Shown here: positions 27,295-36,887 of the stretch, piece after piece
Numbering within the stretch: the first letter of the stretch is position 1
How the letters are laid out: every line of letters starts with the position of its first letter
Virus record (IMG/VR): IMGVR_UViG_3300048502_000040
Coordinates: 23,901-87,900 of that record
Reading direction: 5' to 3' (one strand)
Length of the DNA: 64,000 nt
Source: a virus
The notes under the pieces: model-generated
What the model saw: the letters and a program-made list of their open reading frames with translations, nothing else
Databases searched by the model: none
Told to the model about the DNA's origin: nothing
Translations under genes and position numbers: made by a program

Positions 27295-27656
27295 ACATCT
27301 CCTAGCTTGGCCGGATCGAACGACACGGCTTCTGCTTCGTGTTCCTCAAACTGTTGGCGCTCGTACTCTTCCTTCCGCCGCATGTATTGCGCCTGCGCCG
27401 CACTCACATAGCCGTGGGCCGTGTGGTCTATGACTTCAAGGTTTGTCCAGTGGCAGTCGAGCTTGTTCTGATTCTTATGGTTTACGTCCTCTGTTGGCAG
27501 GAGGTCGCGCTTGAGCATAGCTTGTGCGACGAGTGTGTGGACGCGTACGCCAGTGAACGGGCCTGCGCTGATGCGCGGGTAGCCTTTCTCATCGACGTAC
27601 GTCCCAAACTGTTGACCGTCCTTACAGACGAACTTTCCACTAGCGTCTCGCGGCAT
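27291..27656 (-). CDS. HNH endonuclease (I-HmuI/HNH_3-like)
   Basis: GY...RVHTLVA..L..EDVNHKNQNKLD..WTNLEV. Confidence 0.8.
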   Translation of the reverse strand: MPRDASGKFVCKDGQQFGTYVDEKGYPRISAGPFTGVRVHTLVAQAMLKRDLLPTEDVNHKNQNKLDCHWTNLEVIDHTAHGYVSAAQAQYMRRKEEYERQQFEEHEAEAVSFDPAKLGDV

Positions 27657-27849
27657 CCTTCAGTACACCCGTTGTTCCTACCAGCTTTCCTTGCTGGCGT
27701 AGAAGGTCGTAGGCCAGCCACCGGACTTGCCGGGACAGGTGGTCTATCGAGTCGTTACTGTTGAGAAGCTCGATCAACTGCTTGTTGGTCGGCCCCTTGC
27801 ATCGGATGGCGTGTCGCGCCTCCGCTGTTAGTGAAACGATCTTGCTCAT
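27640..27849 (-). CDS. hypothetical protein
   Basis: ATGA overlap in operon. Confidence 0.55.
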   Translation of the reverse strand: MSKIVSLTAEARHAIRCKGPTNKQLIELLNSNDSIDHLSRQVRWLAYDLLRQQGKLVGTTGVLKDAARR

Positions 27850-28289
27850 GAAGCCTGCTTCTCTGCCCGCTTCTGCTTGATGATCGCACTCAGTTTGTCC
27901 AACTGCTTCTCCATGAAGTCGAGGTCGGCTTCGTCTTTTGGACGGTCATCAACCAACTTGTTCTTGGACTGTGCATCCAGCAGGATCGCGCAACATGCGA
28001 TGGCATGGCCGAGATGATGCACCTTGCTGTCGGTCGCCTGCTCCTGACCCTCGAACCAGCACTGAAGGTGGCGCTGTGCGGCGTCCACATAGATGCTGGC
28101 GACAACGGCTTTGTCCCGCCAGTTGTACGCGCCGTACTTCTCTGCCCCGTCCATCATTGCCATTGCGCCGTGGGCCACTGCGATGACAGGTAGTTTTGAA
28201 AGCGAGACCTTGGTGTTGCCTACGAGGTCTTTAGGATTGGTGGTGTCTGCTTTTGATCGCGGTACGATGGTTAGTGCTGTTTCTCCCAT
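27846..28289 (-). CDS. dATP/dGTP diphosphohydrolase (DUF5664-like)
   Basis: K..L..LP..A....M..GAEKYGAYNWR...YVDAAQRHL..W..G...DS..HHLGHAIA. Confidence 0.8.
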   Translation of the reverse strand: MGETALTIVPRSKADTTNPKDLVGNTKVSLSKLPVIAVAHGAMAMMDGAEKYGAYNWRDKAVVASIYVDAAQRHLQCWFEGQEQATDSKVHHLGHAIACCAILLDAQSKNKLVDDRPKDEADLDFMEKQLDKLSAIIKQKRAEKQAS

Positions 28290-28310
28290 GTCTCTCCCTG
28301 ACAGGTGTTG

Positions 28311-28718
28311 CTACTTCTTCAGATACTCGATTGCTTTCAATAGGGATTCGATGTCGTCCCTGAAGTAACCAAGTCCTGCGTTACAGTTGTGGCACAGTAG
28401 CCCGCGTACGTCAAGATTCTCATCATGCTTGTGGTCTATACGAGGAGTGTTACCCTCGCCAAACGGTCGCTTGCAGATGGCACACTTATTGTCCTGTTCC
28501 AACATCATCGCCGTGTAGTCTTCAGCGTCCAAGTTGTAACGGCTCTTTCGCTTGCGCCTTGCTTCTGACTCTTTAGCCTGCTCAGGATTGTTCAGCTTCC
28601 AGTTCTTGTTAGCTTGGCGGCTACACGTTTTACACCAATACGCATAGCCGCTTTTGCTTGACTTGGATTTGTCGAAGTCCTCTACAGGTTTGTCAAGTCC
28701 GCACTTGCTGCACTTCAC
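28311..28718 (-). CDS. EndoVII-type homing endonuclease
   Basis: CSKC..CKTC; QDNKCAIC..IDHKH..VRGLLCHNCNAGLG.FRD...AIEYL. Confidence 0.85.
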   Translation of the reverse strand: MKCSKCGLDKPVEDFDKSKSSKSGYAYWCKTCSRQANKNWKLNNPEQAKESEARRKRKSRYNLDAEDYTAMMLEQDNKCAICKRPFGEGNTPRIDHKHDENLDVRGLLCHNCNAGLGYFRDDIESLLKAIEYLKK

Positions 28719-30052
28719 TCGACAACTACCTCTCGCTTAGTGACGATAGTGCCTTGTGCGTCGTCACAATATAACGCGATATTTATGCAGCCCTCGTCCG
28801 CGTTCCAGATGTAAGCCTCAGCGTTGCGGAGGTTTCCAACCAGACCGTTTTCAGAATGCCAGTCGTCAGGCGGGCAGAGCGCCGGGAGGACTCGAACACG
28901 ACAGCCGTACTTCTCATCCAGCTTCGTCATGTGCGTGTGCCCGGTGTGGCACTCACGGTACTTCGTCCGGCCCCACATCTCGTGACGTTCAGATGCCATC
29001 AGAGCGGGGTACTCGGTACGCTTGCCTTTGTCGCCGTGGGTGAACATCAGCATCACGCTTCCCCACTCGATGTACTTCCGAGGAGTTGGCAGGTTGTCGA
29101 TCTTCACGTCTTCGTACTTGGCGAAATAGCATTCGAGCGAATCGCCCAAGTGCCACACAGACAAATTGTCGTGATTGCCGGGAACCATCACCACTTCGAC
29201 CGGAGCAATCTCGCGGAGCAACTCAATGCAACGCGTGATCGTGCGGCGCACCTTCCAGAAGGTCTTGTGGTAACGACCGTCCGTGGTAACGATGGTGCCC
29301 TTCGTGGTCTGGTTCTCGATGTTGTCGGAGTTGAACAGGTCGTTGCCGACAACAAAGATGATCTTGTCGAAGGAGTAACCCTTGACGCGTTCGAGGAGCG
29401 TGACCAGCGCCCGCATATACATTTGTTCGGCGATGGTCGAATCGAAGTTCTCGTACATCGTCTCAGTGCCCCACGCCAGTTTGCCGAAGTGGATGTCGGG
29501 GATGTTGATCTCCAACATGTTGCCAGTGTTGTTCGACTTCCTCGCAATGATCTTTGGGACGCGGGCGAAGGCTTTAGCTTCTGCCTTCAGGCGCTCGATC
29601 TCTTTGCGCACTGCCACGACCTCGACACGCTTCTTGAGCGTTGCCGTGACCTGATAGAGTGCGTGTTCGGCTGCCTTGTTGTTGCTGCGGTCAACGTACC
29701 CCATCTCCCATTTGTTGACTTTGAAGTTCGTCACTTCCCAGATGGACAAGTCCACCTTGCAGTATTCGAGCAACTCGTCAAGCGTGTGGATGCGGGTCTT
29801 CGGCATGTGGAGATTCCACACATCGCCAGAGACTTCGCTGGTGAGGTCAGGTGCGGCAGGCTTGGTCGGTTCGAGCTTGATGCCTGCTGCGGTAGCAAAG
29901 TCGCGGAACGTGGCGAAGTGAGCCTGCCACGCTGCCTCGGGATACTTGCCACCCGCACGATAATAGTTGCGCGTGACGACTCCCTTGTACTTCTGTGCTA
30001 CACTCTTCAAGTCGGCGATTAGTTCGGCGACGGTGATCTTTTTACTTCCCAT
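28715..30052 (-). CDS. calcineurin-like metallophosphoesterase
   Basis: PDIHFG, GNDLFN, PGNHD, FTHGD, GHTH. Confidence 0.85.
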   Translation of the reverse strand: MGSKKITVAELIADLKSVAQKYKGVVTRNYYRAGGKYPEAAWQAHFATFRDFATAAGIKLEPTKPAAPDLTSEVSGDVWNLHMPKTRIHTLDELLEYCKVDLSIWEVTNFKVNKWEMGYVDRSNNKAAEHALYQVTATLKKRVEVVAVRKEIERLKAEAKAFARVPKIIARKSNNTGNMLEINIPDIHFGKLAWGTETMYENFDSTIAEQMYMRALVTLLERVKGYSFDKIIFVVGNDLFNSDNIENQTTKGTIVTTDGRYHKTFWKVRRTITRCIELLREIAPVEVVMVPGNHDNLSVWHLGDSLECYFAKYEDVKIDNLPTPRKYIEWGSVMLMFTHGDKGKRTEYPALMASERHEMWGRTKYRECHTGHTHMTKLDEKYGCRVRVLPALCPPDDWHSENGLVGNLRNAEAYIWNADEGCINIALYCDDAQGTIVTKREVVVE

Positions 30053-30090
30053 CTTCCTCCATGTACGATCCGTACTGTTACTTCAAAAAC

Positions 30091-30120
30091 AGTATACCAC
30101 AGGTTGTGGTTTCCTGTCAA
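30091..30120 (-). promoter_or_regulatory. sigma70-type promoter for nucleotide-metabolism operon
   Basis: TTGACA-18 nt-(TG-n-)TATACT. Confidence 0.8.
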
Positions 30121-30564
30121 CTACCGCTTGGCGGCAGCCTTCTTGATCGGTGGCTTTTTCTTGGGCTTGGAATTGGCTACGAGCTTGGAGGGCTTGCGCC
30201 GGGCCTTGGGGCTGGCGGCTACGAGGGGCTGCATGTACAACATACGGAGATCGGCCCGCTGCTCTCGCAGTTCACCGACAACGGCAGTCGTCTGTTCTTT
30301 GAATCCGTTCACGATAGTGCTGGTGTGCTTCTCGGCATCGGTGCGCATTTGTGTGGTCTGGTCGCGCAACTCAACGCTGAGTTTGTCGATGCTGGTTTGG
30401 AGCTTGGTCAGAACGACTTCCTTCACGTCCTTGAACCAGTTCATGACGCGGTTGGATGCTTGTGAGAGAGACCAGAATAGCCCGGCTGCGGCTATCCAGA
30501 ACTTACCCTCGGTGTACAGAGGGCTGCTTAGGAAATCGTGAACGCTACTGATGGGAAGCATCAT
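30121..30564 (-). CDS. single-TM protein, holin/antiholin-like
   Basis: AAGGAGG plus ATG ATG; TM FWIAAAGLFWSL, coiled coil, basic tail. Confidence 0.5.
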   Translation of the reverse strand: MMLPISSVHDFLSSPLYTEGKFWIAAAGLFWSLSQASNRVMNWFKDVKEVVLTKLQTSIDKLSVELRDQTTQMRTDAEKHTSTIVNGFKEQTTAVVGELREQRADLRMLYMQPLVAASPKARRKPSKLVANSKPKKKPPIKKAAAKR

Positions 30565-30862
30565 CGCCTCCTTGCGGTGGATCATTGTGGTCATCGTCTC
30601 CGCCGTCGTGTTTGTGCAGCTTGTTCGCCATGTAAGCGCCAATGCCTGTGCCGAGGATGGAAGCGATACCGTAAAGCTGGCCCGGTGTTGGAAGATCGTG
30701 ACGTGCGTGAAAGAACGCAATCATCAAACCCATAAGTGTTGCTGCCGTCATGAGTGCAATGACGCGGCTTGAACTACCGTTGCCGTTCGGTTCAGACGGA
30801 ATGGTCTTGGCCCACGCCATGACGGAGGAGAAGGCACTCTTGGCCTTGTCTACAAGTTGCAT
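30545..30862 (-). CDS. putative holin (2 TM)
   Basis: SSSRVIALMTAATLMGLMIAFF and LYGIASILGTGIGAYMANK; charged C-terminus. Confidence 0.55.
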   Translation of the reverse strand: MQLVDKAKSAFSSVMAWAKTIPSEPNGNGSSSRVIALMTAATLMGLMIAFFHARHDLPTPGQLYGIASILGTGIGAYMANKLHKHDGGDDDHNDPPQGGDDASHQ

Positions 30863-30871
30863 GGTGTACCC

Positions 30872-31303
30872 CTACTCGAAAAACGTGAGCGTGTTCATGT
30901 CCATCAGTTTCGGATGGATGCTCCGCTGTCCAAGAATCTTCTCGCGGAAGTAGTCGGTCTCGATGAAGCGAAGGTCGCACCAATACAGAGCATCGACGGA
31001 AGTGCCGTCTTGACGCTTCGCTTGTGCGTAGTTCTTCGATCCGTCATAGATCGCATCGACCTCATGGAGAAGTCTTACAAACTCTGGCTCCCAAATCTCG
31101 GGAGTGCCCTTGGGCATTTCTTTGATCGCCGCGAACGTCGGGATGCGGTCAATCACCTGTAGGTAATTGCCCCAGCCTTTGCGAACCCGGTTGGCGAGGA
31201 CGGACATAATCATGCACGATGCCAGATGGCCGCCGTAAACGCGACCGTGCTGCCATCCTACCTTGACCAGTTCACCCTTCATGAAATCGTCTTGACGAAG
31301 CAT
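30872..31303 (-). CDS. SleB-like cell wall hydrolase (endolysin candidate)
   Basis: IMSVLANRV..GWG, terminal H/L.FF/Y motif; next to holin-like genes. Confidence 0.55.
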   Translation of the reverse strand: MLRQDDFMKGELVKVGWQHGRVYGGHLASCMIMSVLANRVRKGWGNYLQVIDRIPTFAAIKEMPKGTPEIWEPEFVRLLHEVDAIYDGSKNYAQAKRQDGTSVDALYWCDLRFIETDYFREKILGQRSIHPKLMDMNTLTFFE

Positions 31304-31311
31304 ACTCCCCC

Positions 31312-31341
31312 ATTTTACCACAGACGACGATAGGTGGGCAA
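31312..31341 (-). promoter_or_regulatory. promoter for lysis cassette
   Basis: TTGCCC-18 nt-(TG-n-)TAAAAT; ATG about 9 nt downstream. Confidence 0.65.
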
Positions 31342-31366
31342 CAGGCTATCCAAGCCCGCTGCCCAC
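31334..31366 (-). terminator. 14-bp hairpin after structural operon, overlapping the -35 box
   Basis: GTGGGCAGCGGGCT-TGGAT-AGCCTGTTGCCCAC; weak U-tract. Confidence 0.45.
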
Positions 31367-31370
31367 TACG

Positions 31371-33647
31371 TTATTTTCCGCTGAGGTTCTGTGTTGCTGA
31401 GTCCATAATGGACTGCTGGTTTCCCGTTGGCTCTGGTCGCGGTGGTGATACCGCGTTAGCCGCTGCCGTGCCGATGGTCGAAGCCGCTGTGGAAGCTGCC
31501 TTCCGTACAGTTGGGTTCTCCGCTATCTGCCCGGCCTTCAGGTACGCCTTGATCGTGTTCGGGTGGTTGGCGATGTAGTCGAGAAGCTCACGCCCGTAGG
31601 CCACGCTGCCGCCTGTTGCGCCGAGCAACCCAACCCCACTGAGCAAGCTCAGGTGAGGCACTACCACGCTTCCCGCCGCCGACGCCGCGCCCATTGCCGT
31701 GAGGTAACGGTTCACACGCTGGAGGTTGGCCGCCGACTTCGCGTCCTTGGTGACCTCCTTCAACCCGGCAGTTATCTGATCGTCCGGGCCTTCCATCCCT
31801 TCCGGGCGGATGCCGAACAATGCCTGCTTGGTTGGTTCGTCGATGCGGTTCCATGTGCCCATGAATCGCTCAGGGTTGAAGGTGTGAGCTTCGCCCGATT
31901 GTGAATCCTTGAGGATGGTACCGAATACGTTCTTGCCGAATGCCTTCATGCCGGGGTCGCCGACGATGGCCTTCAAGGTCGCGGTGTTCTGCGCAATCTT
32001 GCCTGCTGTCGGAAGCGCCGAGCCTTGCCGGATGGTACCGACAAAGTTCTTGGCAGCATCGTCGATCTTGCCCTCACGAAGTGACTTGATGACGGGGTTG
32101 TCGTAGTGCGTGATGTTGTCCCGATAATTCGACCGCAAGTCCTTGTAGTCCTGAACCGCCGTGTCGTCGCCGGAATCTTCCGCCAGCTTTTGAATGGTGT
32201 CATCCATCGGCGACTTGAAGTTCCCGCTTTCGTCCACGGTGTTCAACAGACTGCGCAGTGCGCGAGAGTTGGCGCTGCCGTAATCGTAGTTCTCTGCCGT
32301 CTTGCGAATGCGCTGGCGGAGGTCGATCAGGTCGTCAACAGTGTACGGACGAGCCTCCTTGGTTGTGGGCAACTCTTCGGGGGTTTCCGTGGTGAGCGGC
32401 TTGCCGTCCGCGCCGAGTAGCCCGGATGGTTTAGGCTGCGCAGCTTCCTGCGCGGCCATCTCTTCTTCGGACAGTGGCTCCGACCCGTTGGCGACTGTCT
32501 CCAGAAGCTCCTTGACGGCGGGTGCCAGTGTGTCCTTCTGCGCCTTCGCCGCCGCCGCCACCGCTGGGTGGGTGCCGGGAGGCGGATCGCTCAAGATGGT
32601 CTTGGCGTGTTCTGCCAAAGGGTTGTCAGATGCCGATACTTCTGCCCCGGAGAGACGATCCTTCAGGTCATTGATGCCGGACTCGTAGTTCTCATGCAGG
32701 GCGTTCTCTGCCGCCCCGATGCGCTGGTTGATGGCGTCGAGGACTTCAGGCTTGGATGCCGCTGCCTTGGCCGCCTCGGATACTCGACCAGTGGCTTCGG
32801 CTGCCTGTGCGCCCTTCTTGGCAACTGCGCCTGCTGCCGCGCCTGCTGCGTGTAGAGTGCCCACAGTGGCCGCTGTGACCGCCGCGTCCGCTGCTGCTTG
32901 CTTGACATCCCCTCCGGTGCGCACGAGCGTCTGCGCCCCCTGTGTAGCCCCGGCGTGGCCTGCTTCAACGCCCATACTGATGAGCTTTGCAAGGCGAGGG
33001 TACTGTTTGACTAGCGCCGCCTCCTCTGGGGAGAGTTGGGTTCCGGCCTTCATCGCTGCCGCGCCGAGCTTCAGCGTGGCGAGTAGCTTTGGTGAGTTCT
33101 CCAAAACCTTCCACGTACTGCCGACTGCGGCCAGCTTCTCAGGAATCGAGAGAGCCTTCAGCGCCTCTTCCCCGCTCAGGAACTCCATCAAGGTCTCGCC
33201 GCCGTACCCAAGCTGGTTGGCTGCGGGCTTCTGCTGGCCGTTGCCTGCTAGGTCATGGAGCGTGTCGGTGACGGTATCTGATACGGGTACTCCGAGATGC
33301 TTGTGCGCCATGTCCACCGCGCCTGAGAGAGTAGAGAATATACCCTCGCCCGCGCCTTGGAACGCGCCGCCGATGTCACTCAGTACACCGTTGTCGCCAA
33401 GCTGCTCGTGACTGCTTGTGGCGAACAGGCTGTGTGGATTGGCCGCCTGCATATAGTCGCCAGTCGGCTGCCCATTGCCGCCACCCTGCGGCGGTGCGCC
33501 GGGAAGAGGCTTGAACGAGTTGGGGTCGATTGCGCCTGATGGCGCTGGCGCTGCCTGTGTAGGGCTGGAAGGTGTAGACGGAGCACCCGCGCCCGGAAGG
33601 GGCTTGAAGGTGCTCGTGTCTATTCCATTCTGATTCGGTGGTGGCAT
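31371..33647 (-). CDS. internal virion / DNA ejection protein
   Basis: 758 aa, Ala/Gly-rich helical; last of three genes at the end of the structural operon, as in podoviruses. Confidence 0.6.
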   Translation of the reverse strand: MPPPNQNGIDTSTFKPLPGAGAPSTPSSPTQAAPAPSGAIDPNSFKPLPGAPPQGGGNGQPTGDYMQAANPHSLFATSSHEQLGDNGVLSDIGGAFQGAGEGIFSTLSGAVDMAHKHLGVPVSDTVTDTLHDLAGNGQQKPAANQLGYGGETLMEFLSGEEALKALSIPEKLAAVGSTWKVLENSPKLLATLKLGAAAMKAGTQLSPEEAALVKQYPRLAKLISMGVEAGHAGATQGAQTLVRTGGDVKQAAADAAVTAATVGTLHAAGAAAGAVAKKGAQAAEATGRVSEAAKAAASKPEVLDAINQRIGAAENALHENYESGINDLKDRLSGAEVSASDNPLAEHAKTILSDPPPGTHPAVAAAAKAQKDTLAPAVKELLETVANGSEPLSEEEMAAQEAAQPKPSGLLGADGKPLTTETPEELPTTKEARPYTVDDLIDLRQRIRKTAENYDYGSANSRALRSLLNTVDESGNFKSPMDDTIQKLAEDSGDDTAVQDYKDLRSNYRDNITHYDNPVIKSLREGKIDDAAKNFVGTIRQGSALPTAGKIAQNTATLKAIVGDPGMKAFGKNVFGTILKDSQSGEAHTFNPERFMGTWNRIDEPTKQALFGIRPEGMEGPDDQITAGLKEVTKDAKSAANLQRVNRYLTAMGAASAAGSVVVPHLSLLSGVGLLGATGGSVAYGRELLDYIANHPNTIKAYLKAGQIAENPTVRKAASTAASTIGTAAANAVSPPRPEPTGNQQSIMDSATQNLSGK

Positions 33648-33656
33648 TGTTGCTCC

Positions 33657-36113
33657 TTACTTGCCGAAGTCATTCGGGTCTGAAAGACGCGGTGCGCGTC
33701 CCAGCGGCTTGTGCTGCGCGTCCACGTAGAACGTGTTGCCGTTGGTGTCTTGCGCCGTGCCTACTGCCCCTTGCGGGATGAGCACACCGTCTGCTCCGAT
33801 TGCTTGGCCCGTGACCGTCTGGTACGCTGCTCGTGCATCGTCAGACAGGATCGGGAAGTCGTACGTCGCGCCAGATGGTTTCCCACGCTGCCACGCTTGG
33901 TTCTTCTGCCCGGTCTTGCTGCTCAGAAGTTGCATGTACTCCTTGATGGCATCCACACGGCGGTATGGCAGAGAGCTTGTCAGTCCCTCTTCCAACTGCT
34001 TGCGCTTGTCCTCGTGGAGAACGCCCTTGGTGTAGGCGCTGTTCAACTCTTCGACAAGCTGCGGAGCATCTGCGTTGAGACGGTTGTACTCGTGAGTGCC
34101 CGGAATGCTGGCCGCCGACGAGACAGCGTTCTTGTAGAACTCTGCCGCGTGTTGCATGGTAGTGTTACCAGCTTCAATCTGGTTCTTGTCTTCGCCTGCG
34201 ACGAACGAGTCGCGGAGCTTGGTGTAGCCCTTCGCCTTGCTCTGATCGTAGCCGGGGTATGCCCGTGCAAGATACGAACCAAACAACTGACCGTCGCCCT
34301 TCGCCAAAGCATAGTCGCTCATGGTCATGTGACCATCATAGACTTCCTTCAGTTCTGCCGCGAGGTTAGGACTTGCCGCTGTGAGCGCCGCGAGGTAACC
34401 CTTACGGATTCCGCCGACAGGTGGCTCATTGGGGTCAGTCTGGATTTGCGCCAGCTTCGGGTCTTTGACAAGATCGCCGATGGAACCGTTGCCACTTCCG
34501 GTGAGAGGTACGCCGAGCTTCGTCTTCGCTGCGGCCTCACCCGCGTATCGCGCTGCTCCTTCAGAATAGGCGTTGTTCGCCTTCTCTGCGTGGTCGCGTT
34601 GTATGACCCCCTGCGCGGTTGACTTCTGGATCGCGCTCGATGTCGGATCGGACAGGATGGAGTTTGCCTCCGCTACCGTCTTCGGCACTTCATTGCGCTT
34701 CGCCGCTGCTGCCTTCTGATCGGCTTGTTTGTCGGCTGCATCGAGCTTCGACTGCTCTATTGCTCCAGTCGGGATGAGGGACATGATCTGACCGCGAGTG
34801 TCCGGGTCAACCTTGTCCTTTATCATCGTCGCCTGCAACTGATCGAGCGGGACTGCCGCGTAGCGCGAGAAGACCTTCATCGCCGAAGGATCGACGGTAT
34901 TGTGGGCGTCCTCATAGTTCTTGTGGAACTCTGCGACGTACTTGTCTCCGTCCTTGCCAAGCTGCGCAAGCTGCCCGGTCATGGCGTGGTCGCCGACTTG
35001 AATGGCCGAGGCCGCCGCCATCGCGTTAGCCGCGACGACTGCCCGCATCTGCGTGTTATTCGGAAGATTGATCGGGGCGGTCTTGCCGTCCTCACCAACC
35101 TTGTAGAATCCCTGCACATGATGATCTGCCAAATACTTGAGCGTCTCGTCCGGCACACTGATCTTCGCCTTCGGGTCGATGAGTGCGTACTCACCATCCC
35201 ACAGGAGTCGGCCCGTCTCCGGGTCTTTCGCCTGCTGGCCCGTATTTGGGTCGAGTCGTGGAACGGTGTTCTGCCGGATGAAAAGGTCTTGGCCGACGTT
35301 GTACTTCTTCGCAAGATCGGCGACGTTGCCCCGCAGACCTTCGTCGAGCAATCCGCCTTGGTTGCGGAGCGCGTCGATCATCGGTGCGTGAGCTACATCC
35401 TGTTCATGGTTGGCATCGTACTCCAACTTGCCGAGGGTGACGGCGTTCTGATACGTCTGGAAGTTCGTGTGCGCAATCATGGCCTTGGTCGCGTAGTCGT
35501 TCTTGGCCTGATCCTCGTTCGCTTGGTTGGCCTGCTGAACCTGCTGAGATTCCTGCTGGCCCTGCTGGTAGCCTGCTGCCGCCGCTGCCTCTACATGGTT
35601 CGGCCCGTGCTGTGCCGCGCCAGTGATAGCGCCGGACAGAGCTTCGAGAGCGATTGCCATACCGAGTTGCTTGGTGGACAAGGGAACCTTGGTGCGAGTC
35701 ACCGTGCCCGTATTCGGGTCGATGGTGGTCGAGTAGCGCGGGCCACCCGCCAGAGTCGTAGCAATCTCGTTCAGGAGGGATGCCTTCTGAACCGCAGGGT
35801 GCTGCGATGGTGTCTGGTATGCAGGCGTCTGCTGCATCTTGTTCTTGGGGTCATCGGGTTTTAGTCCGAGGTTGCTGGTGTCCGCGTTCTCAGTAGGCAT
35901 CTGCTGAGAGTTGTTGGTGGTGACATCCACGTTCTGCTGAACGGGTGGAATCTTTCCATCCGGGGATGCGACTGGCCCCTTCTGAGACTGATCCTCTTCC
36001 ATCGCATTAGGAGTCGGCTGTACCTGAGACTGGTCTAGCTGAACTGCGCTGGTGCCAGCTTGTGCATCAGGAATCGGTGCGCCAGTAGGCGCGGTGTTCG
36101 GTGTATCTGCCAT
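33657..36113 (-). CDS. internal virion / DNA ejection protein
   Basis: 818 aa, Q/A-rich; position in operon. Confidence 0.6.
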   Translation of the reverse strand: MADTPNTAPTGAPIPDAQAGTSAVQLDQSQVQPTPNAMEEDQSQKGPVASPDGKIPPVQQNVDVTTNNSQQMPTENADTSNLGLKPDDPKNKMQQTPAYQTPSQHPAVQKASLLNEIATTLAGGPRYSTTIDPNTGTVTRTKVPLSTKQLGMAIALEALSGAITGAAQHGPNHVEAAAAAGYQQGQQESQQVQQANQANEDQAKNDYATKAMIAHTNFQTYQNAVTLGKLEYDANHEQDVAHAPMIDALRNQGGLLDEGLRGNVADLAKKYNVGQDLFIRQNTVPRLDPNTGQQAKDPETGRLLWDGEYALIDPKAKISVPDETLKYLADHHVQGFYKVGEDGKTAPINLPNNTQMRAVVAANAMAAASAIQVGDHAMTGQLAQLGKDGDKYVAEFHKNYEDAHNTVDPSAMKVFSRYAAVPLDQLQATMIKDKVDPDTRGQIMSLIPTGAIEQSKLDAADKQADQKAAAAKRNEVPKTVAEANSILSDPTSSAIQKSTAQGVIQRDHAEKANNAYSEGAARYAGEAAAKTKLGVPLTGSGNGSIGDLVKDPKLAQIQTDPNEPPVGGIRKGYLAALTAASPNLAAELKEVYDGHMTMSDYALAKGDGQLFGSYLARAYPGYDQSKAKGYTKLRDSFVAGEDKNQIEAGNTTMQHAAEFYKNAVSSAASIPGTHEYNRLNADAPQLVEELNSAYTKGVLHEDKRKQLEEGLTSSLPYRRVDAIKEYMQLLSSKTGQKNQAWQRGKPSGATYDFPILSDDARAAYQTVTGQAIGADGVLIPQGAVGTAQDTNGNTFYVDAQHKPLGRAPRLSDPNDFGK

Positions 36114-36122
36114 GTTACTCCT

Positions 36123-36887
36123 TTATGGGCCTGTCGGACTTGGTGTACTACCATTAGTGCCGCCGCCGCTACCGCTGCCGAGGTTCTTGATGATGCCGCC
36201 CGTAGCTATACCAGCGACATTGCCGAGCGCTCCGGTGACTGCACCGACCCAAGAGTTGTTCTGGGAAGCTACGTCGTTCGTGGATTTCTCCGCCGCCTCG
36301 CCCGCGCCAGTGGCTACGGAACCCGCTTGGTTAGCTGTACCGAATACGCCCGGTGCGCCCGCCAGCCCAGAGGCCGCGTTGAAGTAGTTTTGACGCCCGG
36401 TCGCGTAATTCTGCTGCGTGATGTTGTTCAACTCGCTGGCAGTCTGGTTGCCTGCGTTCTCCGCAAGGCTGAGGTTCTCGCCCACGGTAGCGCCACCGCT
36501 GGTCTGACTGTCGTTGCCGCCGTTGAAGGAGGACTCTGCGTTGCCAACCGCTGCCTTCGCGTTGCGATATGCCTGCCCTGTATTAGTGATGGCCTGCGAG
36601 TTCATCGCGCTCACTTCGGCAGGACTGAATCCCTGTTGGTTCGGCCCGGCTGCCACGATAGGGGCGAAGGAGCTAACGAGGTCATTGAAGACGCCCGACG
36701 CCTGACCGAATTGAGACGATGCTTGGTTCGTAAGAGTAGTATACGCCGAAGTCTGCTGGGTTGCAAGCTGCTGCTGCCCGGGGGTCGCGCCACAAGCCAG
36801 TGCGACCGGCCCGTCATGCTCGAAGCTATCCTCTGCCAGAACATACCCCGTTGTCATATCAATGACCAGTTTATTGTAAATTTTCAT
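36123..36887 (-). CDS. DNA pilot / ejection protein
   Basis: MKIYNKLVID..G..ED..E..GPVALACG N-terminus; G/A/N/Q-rich. Confidence 0.65.
   Translation of the reverse strand: MKIYNKLVIDMTTGYVLAEDSFEHDGPVALACGATPGQQQLATQQTSAYTTLTNQASSQFGQASGVFNDLVSSFAPIVAAGPNQQGFSPAEVSAMNSQAITNTGQAYRNAKAAVGNAESSFNGGNDSQTSGGATVGENLSLAENAGNQTASELNNITQQNYATGRQNYFNAASGLAGAPGVFGTANQAGSVATGAGEAAEKSTNDVASQNNSWVGAVTGALGNVAGIATGGIIKNLGSGSGGGTNGSTPSPTGP

Noticed and set aside
27846-28289. Z-genome (diaminopurine) system
   Set aside because: DUF5664 is present but no PurZ-like adenylosuccinate synthetase is in the window.
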